Below are positions 1 through 17,355 of a stretch of 64,000 nucleotides of DNA, piece after piece. The DNA lies in the NCBI GenBank assembly GCA_951406725.2, contig OX597828.1:55428001-55492000 (forward strand). Direction: 5' to 3'. Below the pieces are notes generated by a model. The model did not search any database. It was given only the letters and a program-made list of their open reading frames with translations, and was not told the origin of the DNA. Every line of letters begins with the position of its first letter. The first letter of the stretch is position 1. The stretch is from Octopus vulgaris (lineage: Eukaryota). The translations under genes were made by a program, and so were the position numbers.

Positions 1-1396
1 ATCAAGATAACAATTGTGTACAGTAGGTTGTGTCTAAAAACGGTTACACGCAAATAAAAATATACATGAAAATGATTCCTAACATTGGCGGAAGGCCACA
101 TTTTGTAAGAGAGGAGGGCAGAGTCGATCAACATCGATCTCAGTATATGTCTGATATTCATTTTATTGATTATCGATTACCACCCCTCTGCAAAAGAAAA
201 AAAAATAGCATAAAATAAATAAGAATGACTATTAAACGTATGAAAGCAACACAGTCCTCAAATTATTCCAATGAAAAACTACCAGACCAAAACAATAAAC
301 AATATAAGCAGCAACAGTCAATTACGAAACGCCGACGACGACTACAACAACAACTGCAACAACTAAATGATAGAAATGTTTGTCCCCTCTATGTTTAGCC
401 CCTTGTGGGCAATGAAGAAATAAGAAATGATGAAAACTCACTGAAACAAGCTATAAAAGACATTAATAACATAACGATAACACGTTGAAGATGTAAAACA
501 AGAAATTATTAAACAAATATTAGACGAAGTCGTGCCAGCAGTTTGAAACACATAAACAGCCAAGATCAATAACTGATATATATATTTTTTAGTTGTTCCA
601 AATTTTTAGGTAAGTGACTGTCTTTTGATTTTGTTTTCGTTCAGTTCTCTCTATCATTTCTCGTGCTTATCATTTATAACTTATTCCCTTTTCAAGGAAT
701 TGCTTTATTTCATAACGTATTTTTTCCCGTACTTTTATTTTTTAGCAATTTTTTTTTGTTCGTATATTTTATATTTTATACATACATAAGATCTCAGATT
801 TACAAATGAGATATGAGATTCTGAAATTTTCAAGCTTTTCTTTAGAACATTAGCGATGTCGGTGAAGTGAAAATGAAAATGGTTTTCAACGGAAATCGAA
901 AACGAAACCTTGTTGGAAAATCTATCCGTCACGATTTTTCACCTTATATGCCCTTAAGAACTTTCCTGTTTTCTTTGATATCTCATTTGTTTCCTCACGT
1001 CAGATGACGATGTTTTTGTTTACGATTCTTAGGCAAACTTTCTCTATACCGATTTTTGGTAATGCTTTCTCAATACTTCCTATCTGCATATTACTAACAA
1101 GTTTCGAGGTGAAACTTATTCCAATAACAATTCAGTCTATTCTTTTGAAATAGTTGGGCTGTATTTGACTTGTTTTTGGTAATCGATGCCAACGCCAGAA
1201 GTTAGCTTCTTTTTAATATTTTATATCACCTTCCTATTGTGAACAATCACTGGTTAACGGCGTTTTAGATGGCGAAAACAGCAAGGGATTTCCTGTATAA
1301 TTCGGATGAAACGAATATCACCTGGAACTCTGTTCAAAAGTAAAGATGGATCAATTCTCTCGCCAATGTTTACAAACTTCGGTGACATCTCCGAAA

Positions 1397-1409
1397 TACA
1401 TACATACAT

Positions 1410-1440
<31 letters not shown>

Positions 1441-1469
1441 TACATACATACATACATACATACATACAT

Positions 1470-1500
<31 letters not shown>

Positions 1501-1532
1501 TACATACATACATACATACATACATACATACA

Positions 1533-1561
<29 letters not shown>
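1397..1561. repeat. (TACA)n microsatellite with (CA)n interruptions
   Basis: Direct reading. It explains the overlapping YVCM/HTYI ORFs. Confidence 0.97.
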
Positions 1562-1562
<1 letters not shown>

Positions 1563-1565
<3 letters not shown>

Positions 1566-1688
1566 GGTTCTGGGTTCAGTCCCACTGCGTGGCAATTTGG
1601 GCAGGTGTCTTCTCCAATAGCCTCGGGCCGACCAAAGTCTTGTGAGCGGATTTGGTAGACGGAAACTGAAAGAAGCCCGTCGTATATA

Positions 1689-1765
<77 letters not shown>

Positions 1766-1977
1766 TTGTGTGTCTGTGTTTGTTCCCCCAACATCGCTTG
1801 ACAACCGATGCTGGTGTGTTTACTTCCCCGTAACTTAGAGGTTCGACAAAGAGACCGATACAACAAGTACTAAGCTTACAAAGAATAAGTCATGGGGTCG
1901 ATCTGCTCGACTAAAGGCGGTGCTCCAGCATGGCCACCGTCAAAGGACTGAAACAAGTAAAAAGAGTAAAAAAAGAG
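1563..1977 (+). mobile_element. SINE family B (tRNA-like head, CORE-like segment, internal (TA)n(TG)n), 5'-truncated
   Basis: GGTTCAGTCCCACTGCGTGGC...GGAAACTGAAAGAAGCCCGTCG-(TA)n(TG)n...GGTGCTCCAGCATGGCC...CTGAAACAAGTAAAAGAG matches the copies at 33311, 41357 and 44210. Confidence 0.9.
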
Positions 1978-2132
1978 TATACATACACATATACATACAT
2001 ACATACATACATACATACATACATACATACATACAAGAAATCTTGAAATAAAAATGGACAATGACATATATACATATACAAATAGATACATGTATATATA
2101 ATAAATATATTTCTATCTAGCTTCATTATCAG

Positions 2133-2465
2133 TGACGGCGCATGGCTATGTGGCTGGGGCGTCGAGGGAGTGGCTAGGATGACTGAACCGGGCTGTGTAT
2201 TGTGTTCTCGGCTAAGTCACTTTATTTCATGAACTGCTGCAGTTCATTCGGTTGTAGAAATGAGTTACGACGTCACAGCTGCCAAGCTGCATCTGCCTTT
2301 CCCTTGACCAACATCGGTGGTGTGGAGAGGGGAGGCTGATATGCATGGGTGACTGCTGGTCTTACATAAAAAAACAACCTTGCCCGGACTTGTGCGTCGA
2401 AGCGGAAATTCCTAGGTGCAATCCCATGGTCATTCATGACCGAAGGGATACTTTATACTTTACCA
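2133..2465 (+). mobile_element. Diverged tRNA-derived SINE (separate family)
   Basis: Degenerate A-box-like start (GGCGCATGGCTATGTGG), CORE-like GTGTTCTCGGCTAAGTCACTTTATTTCA, and a short repeated tail (ACTTTATACTTTACC). Confidence 0.55.
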
Positions 2466-2496
2466 TATTTCTATCTGTCTGTCTATCTATCAACAG

Positions 2497-2531
<35 letters not shown>

Positions 2532-2917
2532 TATTATTCAGTAGTAAAGAGCATAGAGTCGGTTGCATAGAGGTATGAAAATATTTATGACTCTAAGAAT
2601 TATATATTTTTTTCTTTGCTACAATGAGCTAGTAGACATATTCAGAAAATGTTTGCCTTATCACGCGACACTCAAACGGATTTTTGATAGAAGACTAACT
2701 TTATTGCCAGACAACATTTGTGATTAATAGCTGACTTTGGCACTTAAATTGGTCAAGTAGCTCTACACTAAACACACGCGCGCGCATGCACATATATATG
2801 TATATATATATATATATATATTCTTTACTTGTTTCAGTCATTTGACTGTGGCCATGCTGGAGCACCACCTTTATGTGTATATATATATATATATGTGTAT
2901 ATATTTAAATATATATA

Positions 2918-3429
2918 TCTATATATATAAAACTGTAGTTGTGTGAGTGTCTGTCCCCTTCGATTTAGATTCCTAACTACTCCCACATTTTGCGGTGCAG
3001 TTTAACCAAATTCGGGTATCTTATAGTCGTGATTAATATCAAGCCCGTCTGAGTATTAGCGCGCGTCTACGATGAGTCTACGATTTTAAAAATAATTTAA
3101 CATAATTTTTTATTCCATTTTAATGCATAATTTTTCGTGTGTCGATGGCGGCAGAGTTGGCGTCCATGGTCACACCTGCACCTGTTTGCTTCTCCCCTTC
3201 TTCCCTCCCTCGGGAAGCTGTGGGGAAGGGAGTGTAAGGAAATTAACGTCGTAAAGCGTTGTCAAGGAGACCAGCGTTCTTTTAGAACAACGACTTCATG
3301 GCTTGAAGACACCAAAACAGAAATGGCTAAGAAAGCCCGAATTGGCATCTATAAGGGAAGTAACTCTCTAAAAATGCTTATATAGTTATTTCCCTTACAA
3401 ACCCGAGCAACGCCGGGCGATACTGCTAG
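2918..3429 (+). mobile_element. Non-autonomous Helitron
   Basis: 5' A|TCTATATATATAAAA, subterminal GC hairpin CCCGAGCAACGCCGGG (3402-3417), 3' CTAG|T. It sits between A and T in (TA)n with no TSD, which matches the established Helitron hallmarks. Confidence 0.8.
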
Positions 3430-3444
3430 TATATATATATATTA

Positions 3445-3680
3445 AGAAACCACTCTAATGCCATTCACAGTATTGCAGTAGAAAAGCTCCCCTCTCTGAC
3501 CACGACATGACACTCTGCAACTTTAATTCCCGTCATATCACAACCAAACCAGCCAATCCCATCTCACTGCATTTATTTGACAACATAAACTTCAACAAAG
3601 TGGACTGGGGAGCAATCAGAAAGGATCTGTTCTTTATCGACTGGTCCTTCACTCTCAGTTACACTAACACTGACTGGTAC
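3445..3680 (+). mobile_element. CR1/L2/Jockey-group LINE ORF2 fragment (end of APE endonuclease plus linker)
   Basis: Reads SDHDMTLCNF...NINFNKVDWGAIRKDLFFIDW. The SDH motif followed by NFxKxDW...L..IDW is typical of these LINE ORF2s. Confidence 0.65.
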
Positions 3681-3815
3681 CTGTTTCAATGACCCCGAAA
3701 GGATGAAAGATAAAGTCGACGATCCCGGCAGCATTTGAACTCAGAACATAGAGACAGCCGAAATGTTGCTAAGCATTTCGCCCGGCCTGCTAACTATTCT
3801 ACCAGCTTGCCGCCT
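3675..3815 (-). mobile_element. SINE family A (tRNA head plus Meta-like core), partial
   Basis: Reverse complement of GGCGGCAAGCTGGTAG...TTCTGAGTTCAAAT...CTTTCATCCTTTCGGGGTC. Confidence 0.85.
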
Positions 3816-3817
3816 GA

Positions 3818-3880
<63 letters not shown>

Positions 3881-3881
<1 letters not shown>

Positions 3882-4434
3882 CCCTGATGCAGTACCAGAC
3901 TGCGGCTCTCATGGCTTCTGATCTTAACTGATTGGAAGTGTTATCATGTACATTGTTTTGTCTTGGTATAAAAGATGGGCTACAGCAAATATTCTGCTCA
4001 ATACCACAGATTTGCTTGTCAGTTGTTTGACCTTAACCAGTTGAGCATGTCCCTTAGTGGCTGACGATATGTGCATCTCTGATCACGAGCAGAAGTAGTG
4101 GGGGAGCATCATAGCCATGTGTTGAGAGGGATTCTTTGGGGTTTGAATAATTCACCTCTGGGAACATGGGTGTTTCGTTCAACATCCTTAAACAACCCTT
4201 ATTAAGAGACCTTTTGAGCGGGATGGGCTACTCAACCTGAAGAAAATTCTAACTGGGCCCCACCTGTAAGGTCATGTGCTGTTTATTTTGATATGAGATC
4301 ACCATGTCGCGCACATATGGTTGTGATGCATGTGCCTGGTGTACCCTTATCAGACGGGTAATCATGATGGGTATATTGGGCTTCGTATATTTTACCCCAG
4401 TGTCACTTTGATGGCATGAACTGCTCTCTCACTC
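3881..4434 (+). mobile_element. ~555-bp non-coding (TAA)n-associated element, copy 1 (full length)
   Basis: Runs GCCCTGATGCAGTACCAG to CTGCTCTCTCACTC with (TAA)n on both sides. Highly similar to the copies at 55189, 57783 and 58892. Confidence 0.9.
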
Positions 4435-4473
<39 letters not shown>

Positions 4474-4475
4474 CA

Positions 4476-4690
4476 TCTTTTCCCCTCTAGGCACAATTTC
4501 CGAAATTTTGCGGGAGGGGCCAGTAGATTAGATCGACCCCAATACGCAACAAGTACTTAATTTATCATCGACCCCGAAAGGATGAAAGGCAAAGTCATCC
4601 TCGGTGGAATTTGAACTCAGAATGTGAAGACAGACGAAATGTTACAAAGCATTTCGCCTGGCGTGTTAACTATTCTACCATCTCGCCGTC
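4476..4690 (-). mobile_element. SINE family A copy
   Basis: ATCGACCCCGAAAGGATGAAAGGCAAAGTC...GAATTTGAACTCAGAA...GCATTTCGCCTGGCGTG. Confidence 0.85.
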
Positions 4691-5479
4691 TGAAAAAAAT
4701 AAAAAACAACAACAACAATAATAATAATGATAATAATAATAATAATACTCTTCTTAATAATAGCTATCATTATTATTGCTATTATTATTGATTAATTGTT
4801 GTAGTTTCTTTCCGCAGAAATTCTTTATATTTTCATTTGTAAAATTCTCCTTTGACATTCGATTCTTTTACAATTCCTATCGCTCTACAATAGTTTCGAA
4901 TTCGCCAAATGACTGCACTCCGAACCGTTTATAAAGCAGTTGCATGCAGTTGCCGACGATTATTATTTTTTCAGTCTACCACATCCGTACAGCAGGTGTA
5001 CGATTTTGTTATTAATTGCAGCTTTTGCAACATTTCATCGAAGTTGTAGCATTTGTGTTAGTTGTTGTATTTGTTGTAGATATTGTTATTGCCGTTGTTT
5101 TTGATAGCTTGTCTTCTATTAACTTTAGAATTTTCTTTTCTTGCTTCGCTTTTTGTTGAAGGAAACAATTCAACAAAGCTGTTTGGTTTTCAACAAAGAG
5201 TGTAATTGTTTATTTCGCCGGAACAATTTGATTTTGGCTTATTTACAGATGAAATATATTTTTAAAAAATGTAACTTTGTTTATTCTTTTCCTATTTTAT
5301 CAGAATGTTAATAATAATATAATTAACGATCATAATAATGCGAATCTGAGCAACAACAGAAGTGTTTTCTGTACATCTTACAGATGTCGAATTGGTAAGA
5401 AAAACGCTAAAGGAAAAGAAAACAGCAATCGCATAAAAGCTGCAACAAAATGATTACGATAATTATGGCTTGGTACTTT

Positions 5480-6010
5480 GGTACAATGCCAGCAATAATC
5501 GGAGGCGGAGGCAGGTCGATTACATCGACCCCAGTGTTCAACTGGTACTTATTTTATTGACCTCAAAAGGATGAAAAGCAAAGTTGACCCAGGTGGAATT
5601 TGAATTCAGAATGTAAAGACGAACGAAATACCTATTTCTTTACTACCCACAGAGAGGACAAACAAGGACAGACAAACGGATTAAGTCGATTATATCGACC
5701 CCAGTGCGTAACTGGTACTTATTTAATCGACCCCGAAAGGATGAAAGGCAAAGTCGACCTCGGTGGAATTTGAACTCAGAACGTAACAGCAGACGAAATA
5801 CCTATTTCTATTTCTTTACTACCCACAAGGGGCTAAACACAGAGAGGACAAACAAGGACAGACAAATGGATTAAGTCGATTATATCGAGGTCGATTTTGC
5901 CTTTCATCCCTTTCGGGAATAAAATAAGTACCAGTTGAGCATCAGGGCTGATGTAATCGATTTATGTCTCCGGCCCACAAATTGCAGGCCTTATGCCAAA
6001 ATTTGAAAGC
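5480..6010. mobile_element. Cluster of SINE-A units: three head-to-tail minus-strand units, then an inverted plus-strand piece
   Basis: The core GAAAGGATGAAA(G/A)GCAAAGT(C/T)GACC and the tail CTATTTCTTTACTACCCAC recur. The strand switches near 5887. Confidence 0.88.
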
Positions 6011-6049
6011 AAATTCAATTTAGTTACTGGCTTAGGATTCAATGTTTAA

Positions 6050-6270
6050 CCCTTTAGTGTTCAGATTACTCTGTTAAATGTAATAATTTTACACTCAAAT
6101 TGTTTTGAATTACTCATGCATTATCTTACAGCTTTGAAGTTTCAATGATGTGATTGCTTATCTTTAGAGTGTCCATGTAGGTTAGGTGTGAGAGGTTAGA
6201 TATGGCTAGTTCAAATATAAGAACAAGTAGAATATCTGGGCCGGATGTGGACGGTTTAAACACTAAAGGG
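6050..6270. mobile_element. piggyBac-type MITE
   Basis: TTAA|CCCTTTAGTGTT ... AACACTAAAGGG|TTAA: 12-bp perfect TIRs beginning CCC, TTAA TSD (6046-6049, 6271-6274), no ORF. Confidence 0.8.
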
Positions 6271-6651
6271 TTAACCCCAATATTTCTTTATTTAATTTAG
6301 CAAAGTGTGATTTAAGGGCGATTTACCAACGCTCCTTAACATATTAAACGACTACATGTTGGAGTTAAACTGGGTGATATACTAGATCTACCGTTAAATG
6401 CTAGGCTTGTCCTTATCTGAAAGTAAAAGAGGAGACCTTCGACCAGTTTACTCAATTCTACGAGATTGATAAATTTGACTGGTTTACACAACTTCACCTC
6501 GATTTTGGATTAGGTTAAACATCACAACATCACATTTCTTTCCTCGTTTATTGTATACGAACTTTTATAAAGTATTAAGCGAAAGAAATACTTCTTGCCC
6601 CAAACGAATGAATATTTATTTTTAACTACATTTACAAATGACTTCACATTA

Positions 6652-6724
<73 letters not shown>

Positions 6725-6749
6725 CTATTATAATAAACATGTCTAATAT

Positions 6750-6809
<60 letters not shown>

Positions 6810-6833
6810 ATATATATATATATATACATACAT

Positions 6834-7079
6834 GTAGACGAAAACTGAAAGAAGCCCGTCGTATATATGTATATATATGTGTGTGTGTTTGCGTCTGTGT
6901 TTGTCACCCCAACATCGCTTGAAAACCGATGTTGGTGTATTTACGTCCCCGTGGTTCGGCAAAAGAGACCGATAGAATAAGTACTAAGCTTACAAAGAAT
7001 AAGTCCTTGGGTCGATTTGCTCGACTAGAGGCGGTGCTCCAGCATGGCCACAGTCAAATGACTGAAACAAGTAAAAGCG
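6834..7079 (+). mobile_element. SINE family B, 3' half
   Basis: CTGAAAGAAGCCCGTCG...GGCGGTGCTCCAGCATGGCCACAGTCAAATGACTGAAACAAGTAAAAG. Confidence 0.88.
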
Positions 7080-7170
7080 TGTATATGTATGTATGTATTA
7101 TATAAACATACATACAAAAATATACACGCATGTCAATATACTATTAATACGATCTCGCTTTTTCTCTGTT

Positions 7171-7203
<33 letters not shown>

Positions 7204-7719
7204 CCCTTTTTCTCACATAAACATACATATATGCACTCATGCACATGCCTCAAATTTATTATGCACAAAAAGCAAGTATGAACATGCATGGAGACAGATA
7301 TATAAGAAATTTAATTATTTATGCACGAAAATATATAAATAGAACGCACACAACCACACACACACACACATACATATATATACATACGCACATACATACA
7401 GACAGACAGACAGACAGAGAAGTACATACATACACAAACACATATTTGTATGCACATCCATAGGCGTTCAAATGTGTGCGTATGTCTTGTTGATGTTTCT
7501 AATTACTGTACGTTTCATTGTGCGTGTGTGTGTGTTATGTGTTATGAGCATTTCCACAAAACCTCAACCAGTCTTTCAGTCAGTCAGTCTGTCAGTCAGT
7601 CTGTCTGCCTGTCTACCTGTTCCTCTCCCTCTCTCCCTCTCCTCTACTCCTCATAACATCGTGACTCGCTACTTGTTGATGCTGCTGGCTTTGTTAACGT
7701 CTAAATCCTAGGAAGCTGC

Positions 7720-12400
<4,681 letters not shown>

Positions 12401-12424
12401 GTGTTTCTTACCGTGTTAAATATC

Positions 12425-12650
12425 TTTTATCTTGTACTTGTTCCAGTCATTGGTCGGTGGTCATGCTGGGGCACCACTTGGAAAGGTTTTAGCCGAATGT
12501 ATTGACCCTAGTGTTTACAATTTTCTTGAATTCTAATATTTATTCTATCGGGCTGTTTTGCCGAACCACTAGGTTACAGGTACGTAATTAAACGAACACC
12601 AGGAGTGAAGTGATGTTGGGGAAAATGATACAATAAAGGCACACGCACAC

Positions 12651-12700
<50 letters not shown>

Positions 12701-13105
12701 ATGTGTGTGTGTGTGTATCCATTTATCTTTTACTTGTTTAAGTTATTACAAGGTGGCCACGCTGGGGCACCGCTTTGAAAAATCTTGGTCAAAAGAATCG
12801 ACCTTGATGCTTTATCATTTTAAAAGTCTGATCTTTATTCTATCGGTCTCTTTACACAATAAGTTACGGGTACGTAGACACCCCAACACTGGCTGTCGAG
12901 CAGCGGTGGGGACAAGAGTGCGCGCACTCCCCCACATGTATAGATATGCGAATTGCTTCTTTTAGCTTTAGTCTAACAAATCCACTCACAAGGCTTTGAC
13001 CACTTGGGGCTGTAGGAGAAGCAACGTGCGCAAAGTACCGCCTAGTAAGAGTGATTCCAAGCATATACAGTCGAGATCAAGTTTCTTAACTACAAACCCA
13101 CCCCT
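12425..13105 (-). mobile_element. Two old, diverged SINE-B copies
   Basis: Recognisable CATGCTGGGGCACC, TATTCTATCGG, GCCGAACC and AAATCCACTCACAAGGCTTTG. Confidence 0.7.
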
Positions 13106-13368
13106 GTCACAAAACAAACTTACCTGCCATCTAAATACACACGTATTTATGTATGCCTGTTTGAGCTTACTAAGCTTATATTTTACATATATTACATAAT
13201 AAGTTGTACAATTTAGAATGGGGCTTATATCAAGATGACGGGTTCATTATGGCACATAATATGAATGCTCATCTGTGAGAGGATTTCAATAACTATTTTT
13301 GAGTTAGTTAAAGATTTACAGAAAAAGATTACTCTTGATGCAAAATATATATATATATAGATACTTAC

Positions 13369-13411
13369 CTATATATTCCCTTCCGTTCAGAAGCCAATAA
13401 ATAATTTCCAT
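13369..13411 (-). CDS. Possible short first coding exon (MEIIYWLLNGREYI, phase 1)
   Basis: An ATG in unique sequence runs open to a consensus donor TATAG|GTAAGTAT. No homology evidence. Confidence 0.2.
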
Positions 13412-13957
13412 TTAGGAAGCCAAATGAAAACTCACAGCATATTAGTATTGATTCAAAGCATTCACCTGCTATTATAAATAACTTAGTGAAAAGTGATAAG
13501 TGCCAGTATTTAAATTGATACGTCTTCCCTCAGCAAAGTAGCCAATTATTACGCAGAAAAGTAAAAACACAGCCGTTCCACTCAGTAGTAGTAGTAGTAG
13601 TAGTAGTAGTAAGGGGGTATGTGCTGTAACTGCGCGTCGTTGCATCCACCATTTCTTTGTGATTCCCTACTCTTCTTGGCAGATAAGACTTTTACACCAC
13701 TCAGGCGACAACCTTCCAAACTCTTGGGTCTGTTAGAGTGGTCGTTGTTGGCGAGGGTTTGACGTGGTCGGAGTGCAAATCCTATCTCAACCTCTTGTAG
13801 TCACCTTTTACGACACGCAGAGGAAACGTTGGAGCTTTTCTTTGACATGCTAAGATTAATTAATTAAATAATAAGATTAGTTTTTTAGTATGGAAGATGG
13901 AAAATGTACCATTTCTTCGTTTAACATTCTACTCGGGCTGAGTAGCGACATATAAAC

Positions 13958-14101
13958 CTATTTCTTTACTACCAACAAGGGGCTAAACACAGAGAGGACA
14001 AACAAGGACAGACAAACGGATTAAGTCGATTATATCGACCCCAGTGCGTAACTGGTACTTAATTTATCGACCTCGAAAGGATGAAAGGCAAAGTCGACCT
14101 C
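13958..14101 (-). mobile_element. SINE family A, 3' half with type-1 tail
   Basis: CTATTTCTTTACTACCAACAAGGGGCTAAACACAGAGAGGACAAACAAGG...AAAGTCGACCTC. Confidence 0.9.
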
Positions 14102-14814
14102 CTTGTGTGTGTGTCTTTACTGTAAAATGTATACAATCTTTTTTTTATAATTATAAACATAATTATAATTAGGGTTTAGCAAAATTGCTTCCCCACATAC
14201 CGAAATTTAGAAATAGCAGTTAAATACTATTCTACTACCATAAGATATCTCCCAGATAGCAATACTCTCAACTCACACAGGCAAAAAGAACAAATAACGA
14301 ATCCACCTGACAGAATAAGTCGTACTTCGAAGCGGAATATTACACGTAAGCTACAACATAAATTAACCAATGAGCAGAAAAAGTGAGTCACTCAAAAGGT
14401 TTACTAATACTGCACTACTATTATGAGATTCATTAAACTGGGTGAAATCTACTCAGTGTGATTCCAAATCAGTAGCAACCCTATAACTCTAACGTATTCA
14501 TATAATATCCGTGGCAATATAAGAACTTCTACATCTGTAGAAAAACAAAGACAAATAACCCAAAATCCCTCTTTTACTTTTTTAGTTGCAATCACAGTGA
14601 GTCACAACTGAAAGTGTCACTGTGACGATTATCGACAACAAACCGCTGGGGGAACGCCATTAGGATAGGTGAGGTTACGTCATAACGGTGCACAACTGCT
14701 GTACTTGGTGGAACCTTGGAATTCTTCATTTATGGCGTGTCATGTAAGCGCTCAAAACACCTTTTTAGTTTGAAGGTTTTCGGATTTCGGAATTTCGGAT
14801 AAAGGATTTTCAAA

Positions 14815-14960
14815 TGTTATTATATTTCGGGATGTTCATTTTTCTTTCTTGAAATAAACACTCTATATATTCAATCTTCACTTGTTTATTATTGCTCTTA
14901 TTTTATCTTATGTCTATTGTCTGAAATATTTTGTCACACATCGGTGACCTCTTTTTCAAC
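14815..14960 (-). mobile_element. Penelope-like pseudo-LTR relic related to the 46.7-kb element
   Basis: TATATTTCGGGATGTTCATTTT resembles TATATTTCGGAATGGTCATTTT at 46709. The minus strand has the hammerhead-like TGAAAAAGA-GGTCAC-CGATGT-GTGAC-AAAA-TATT-TC. Confidence 0.5.
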
Positions 14961-15194
14961 TCTTCCATCCATGTGTCTCCCCCTGTTCTGTGTAGTCCAT
15001 TCTGAAAAGTATCCTCATAAAATAACAGACTCCTGATAATATACCACTGCATGCCGGATTGGACACTATTGACCTTCAGTTAAACAGAAGCATGGTATAT
15101 TTGGAGTGATAGGATAACTGTGGATCATAATCGATCGACTTACTACACAATTGTGCCAATATCGATTTCTGGAATAGAGTTGACCTAGGGTTAA

Positions 15195-15694
<500 letters not shown>

Positions 15695-16939
15695 AATGTT
15701 AGTGGTAGCGACTACGACACCGCCAACAATTGCATCAATATCAAAAAAGTTTAGTCGAACGATTATTTAAATGCAACAGCGTGTTGCAACGTGGTGTAAA
15801 TCTAACAGTTTCGAAAAAATACAAATATATATATATATATAACCAGAAATATTCAATGTAGGATGGGCGCCATATTTTATTAGTTTTTGAGTTTTTTTGT
15901 TTTTTTTTACGATGAAGCATATTACTGATTATCTAACAAAAACTAAATGAAAAAAAATTATTAATTTTGAGAGCGAGATTAAAACTATGTAAGAAGGGTT
16001 AGTAGCCTTGTATTATTGCGACACTTGAATGTAAATCACATTTGCAGCTCAACAGCGAAGTTGTAAAAGCAAAATAAATAAATAAATAGATAAATAATTA
16101 AATAAAAATACAATCAATAAAATAAAATGAAATTGTTTTTTCATAAAATTAATTAGTTTTCCCGACCATGCTTCGATATTTAAAATACTAAGTTATTCTT
16201 ATTTAAAAAGCCAATACAAAGGACCTAGAAGTGCTCATTGCTACACCCCAGGTCCTAGGTTAATCATTGTGTCAACTCATATCTTCCCAGGAACTCGGTC
16301 CTCGAGAATGTTCTCCGCCCCTACTAACATATTTTCTGAAGGTGTTGACTTACAAAAGTTCAAGAGGAGCATTTATAACATTGATATCGTCCATCTAGAA
16401 GAGAGCATAACTCCTTCCACCAGGCCCCAACAAATAAAAACAAAACAAAACAAAGCAAAAAAGAAATGATCTGTTCTGAAAATATTCTAAGTAATATTCC
16501 GCAACGAAGGAGTGTCGCAATGCGGTTGATAAGTTCTCGGTGAACGATATCCATAAACCAAAGTTCGATTCGGTTTTCGAAGCTTCTCCATTGGCACGGC
16601 TTACTTTCCTGTGGAGATATATGGGATTTAAAATATCATGCCATCATCTTTAAAAGTTGACAAGGATTGTCAGCCTTTGTTGGATATCTCAGATCACAAA
16701 ATTGCAAATATTTAAGGAGCTATGTCATATTAGAGCAGTAGTTAACAACAGTGTGCATTGGAAAGGTTTCGACATGTAGTAAGGTGCAGTACGAATATGA
16801 GTCTACAATGTCTGACAAAGTTCCTTTCTCCGTACTATGCACTACAGGACCCCGTTGAATTTATTAGGCTTTTAAGTCACGAAATAGAAAAACGAAGTCT
16901 TTAAAGGAGTCTTAACAACCCATAAAAGAAAAGTTGTGA

Positions 16940-17355
16940 CCTCACTGGGGCACCGCTTTGACCACCTTCGTAGAACTCTTTTGTAAGCTTTGTATTTATT
17001 CTATCGATCACTTTTGCAGAACTACCATGGAGTGCAACAAAGCAGCACCGGTTGTCAAGCGGTAGTGAGGGACAAACACAAATACAAGGGAACACACAAA
17101 TATACATGATGCATTGATACTTAGATAGATAGATAGATAGATAGATATCTACAAACATACATACATAGACATATTTACGTATACTTATGTAGATGCGATG
17201 GGCTTCCACACCGTTTCCGTCTCCCCAAATCCGTCCCAAAGCATTGGCTACTGAGGGGCTATAGTTGAAAACATTGACTCAAGGTGTTGCGCAGTGGGAC
17301 TGAAATCGAAACCACGTTGCTGCAAGGCCAGCTTCTTAACCACACAGTCACACAC
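16940..17355 (-). mobile_element. Diverged SINE-B copy
   Basis: GCACCGGTTGTCAAGCG...GCAGTGGGACTGAA...CTTCTTAACCACACAG. Confidence 0.7.

Noticed and set aside
735-932. 65-aa minus-strand ORF with an in-frame GTATGT donor-like site
   Set aside because: No in-frame ATG, a stop lies just upstream, the donor is weak and there is no recognisable homology. It could be UTR but I cannot support that.
3881-3960. HDV-like or hammerhead ribozyme at the 5' end of the TAA element (CTGATG, GGCTCTCRTGGC)
   Set aside because: I could not build P1/P1.1/P2 pairings or a matching GAAA half by eye. A descriptor search is needed.
5480-5890. CRISPR-like repeat-spacer array (also considered for 35030-35960)
   Set aside because: Eukaryotic context, no unique spacers and no cas genes. 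The units are SINE monomers or minisatellite units.
14775-14820. Tigger/pogo-like terminal motif TTTTCGGATTTCGGAATTTCGGATAAAGGA
   Set aside because: No partner TIR or TSD identified.
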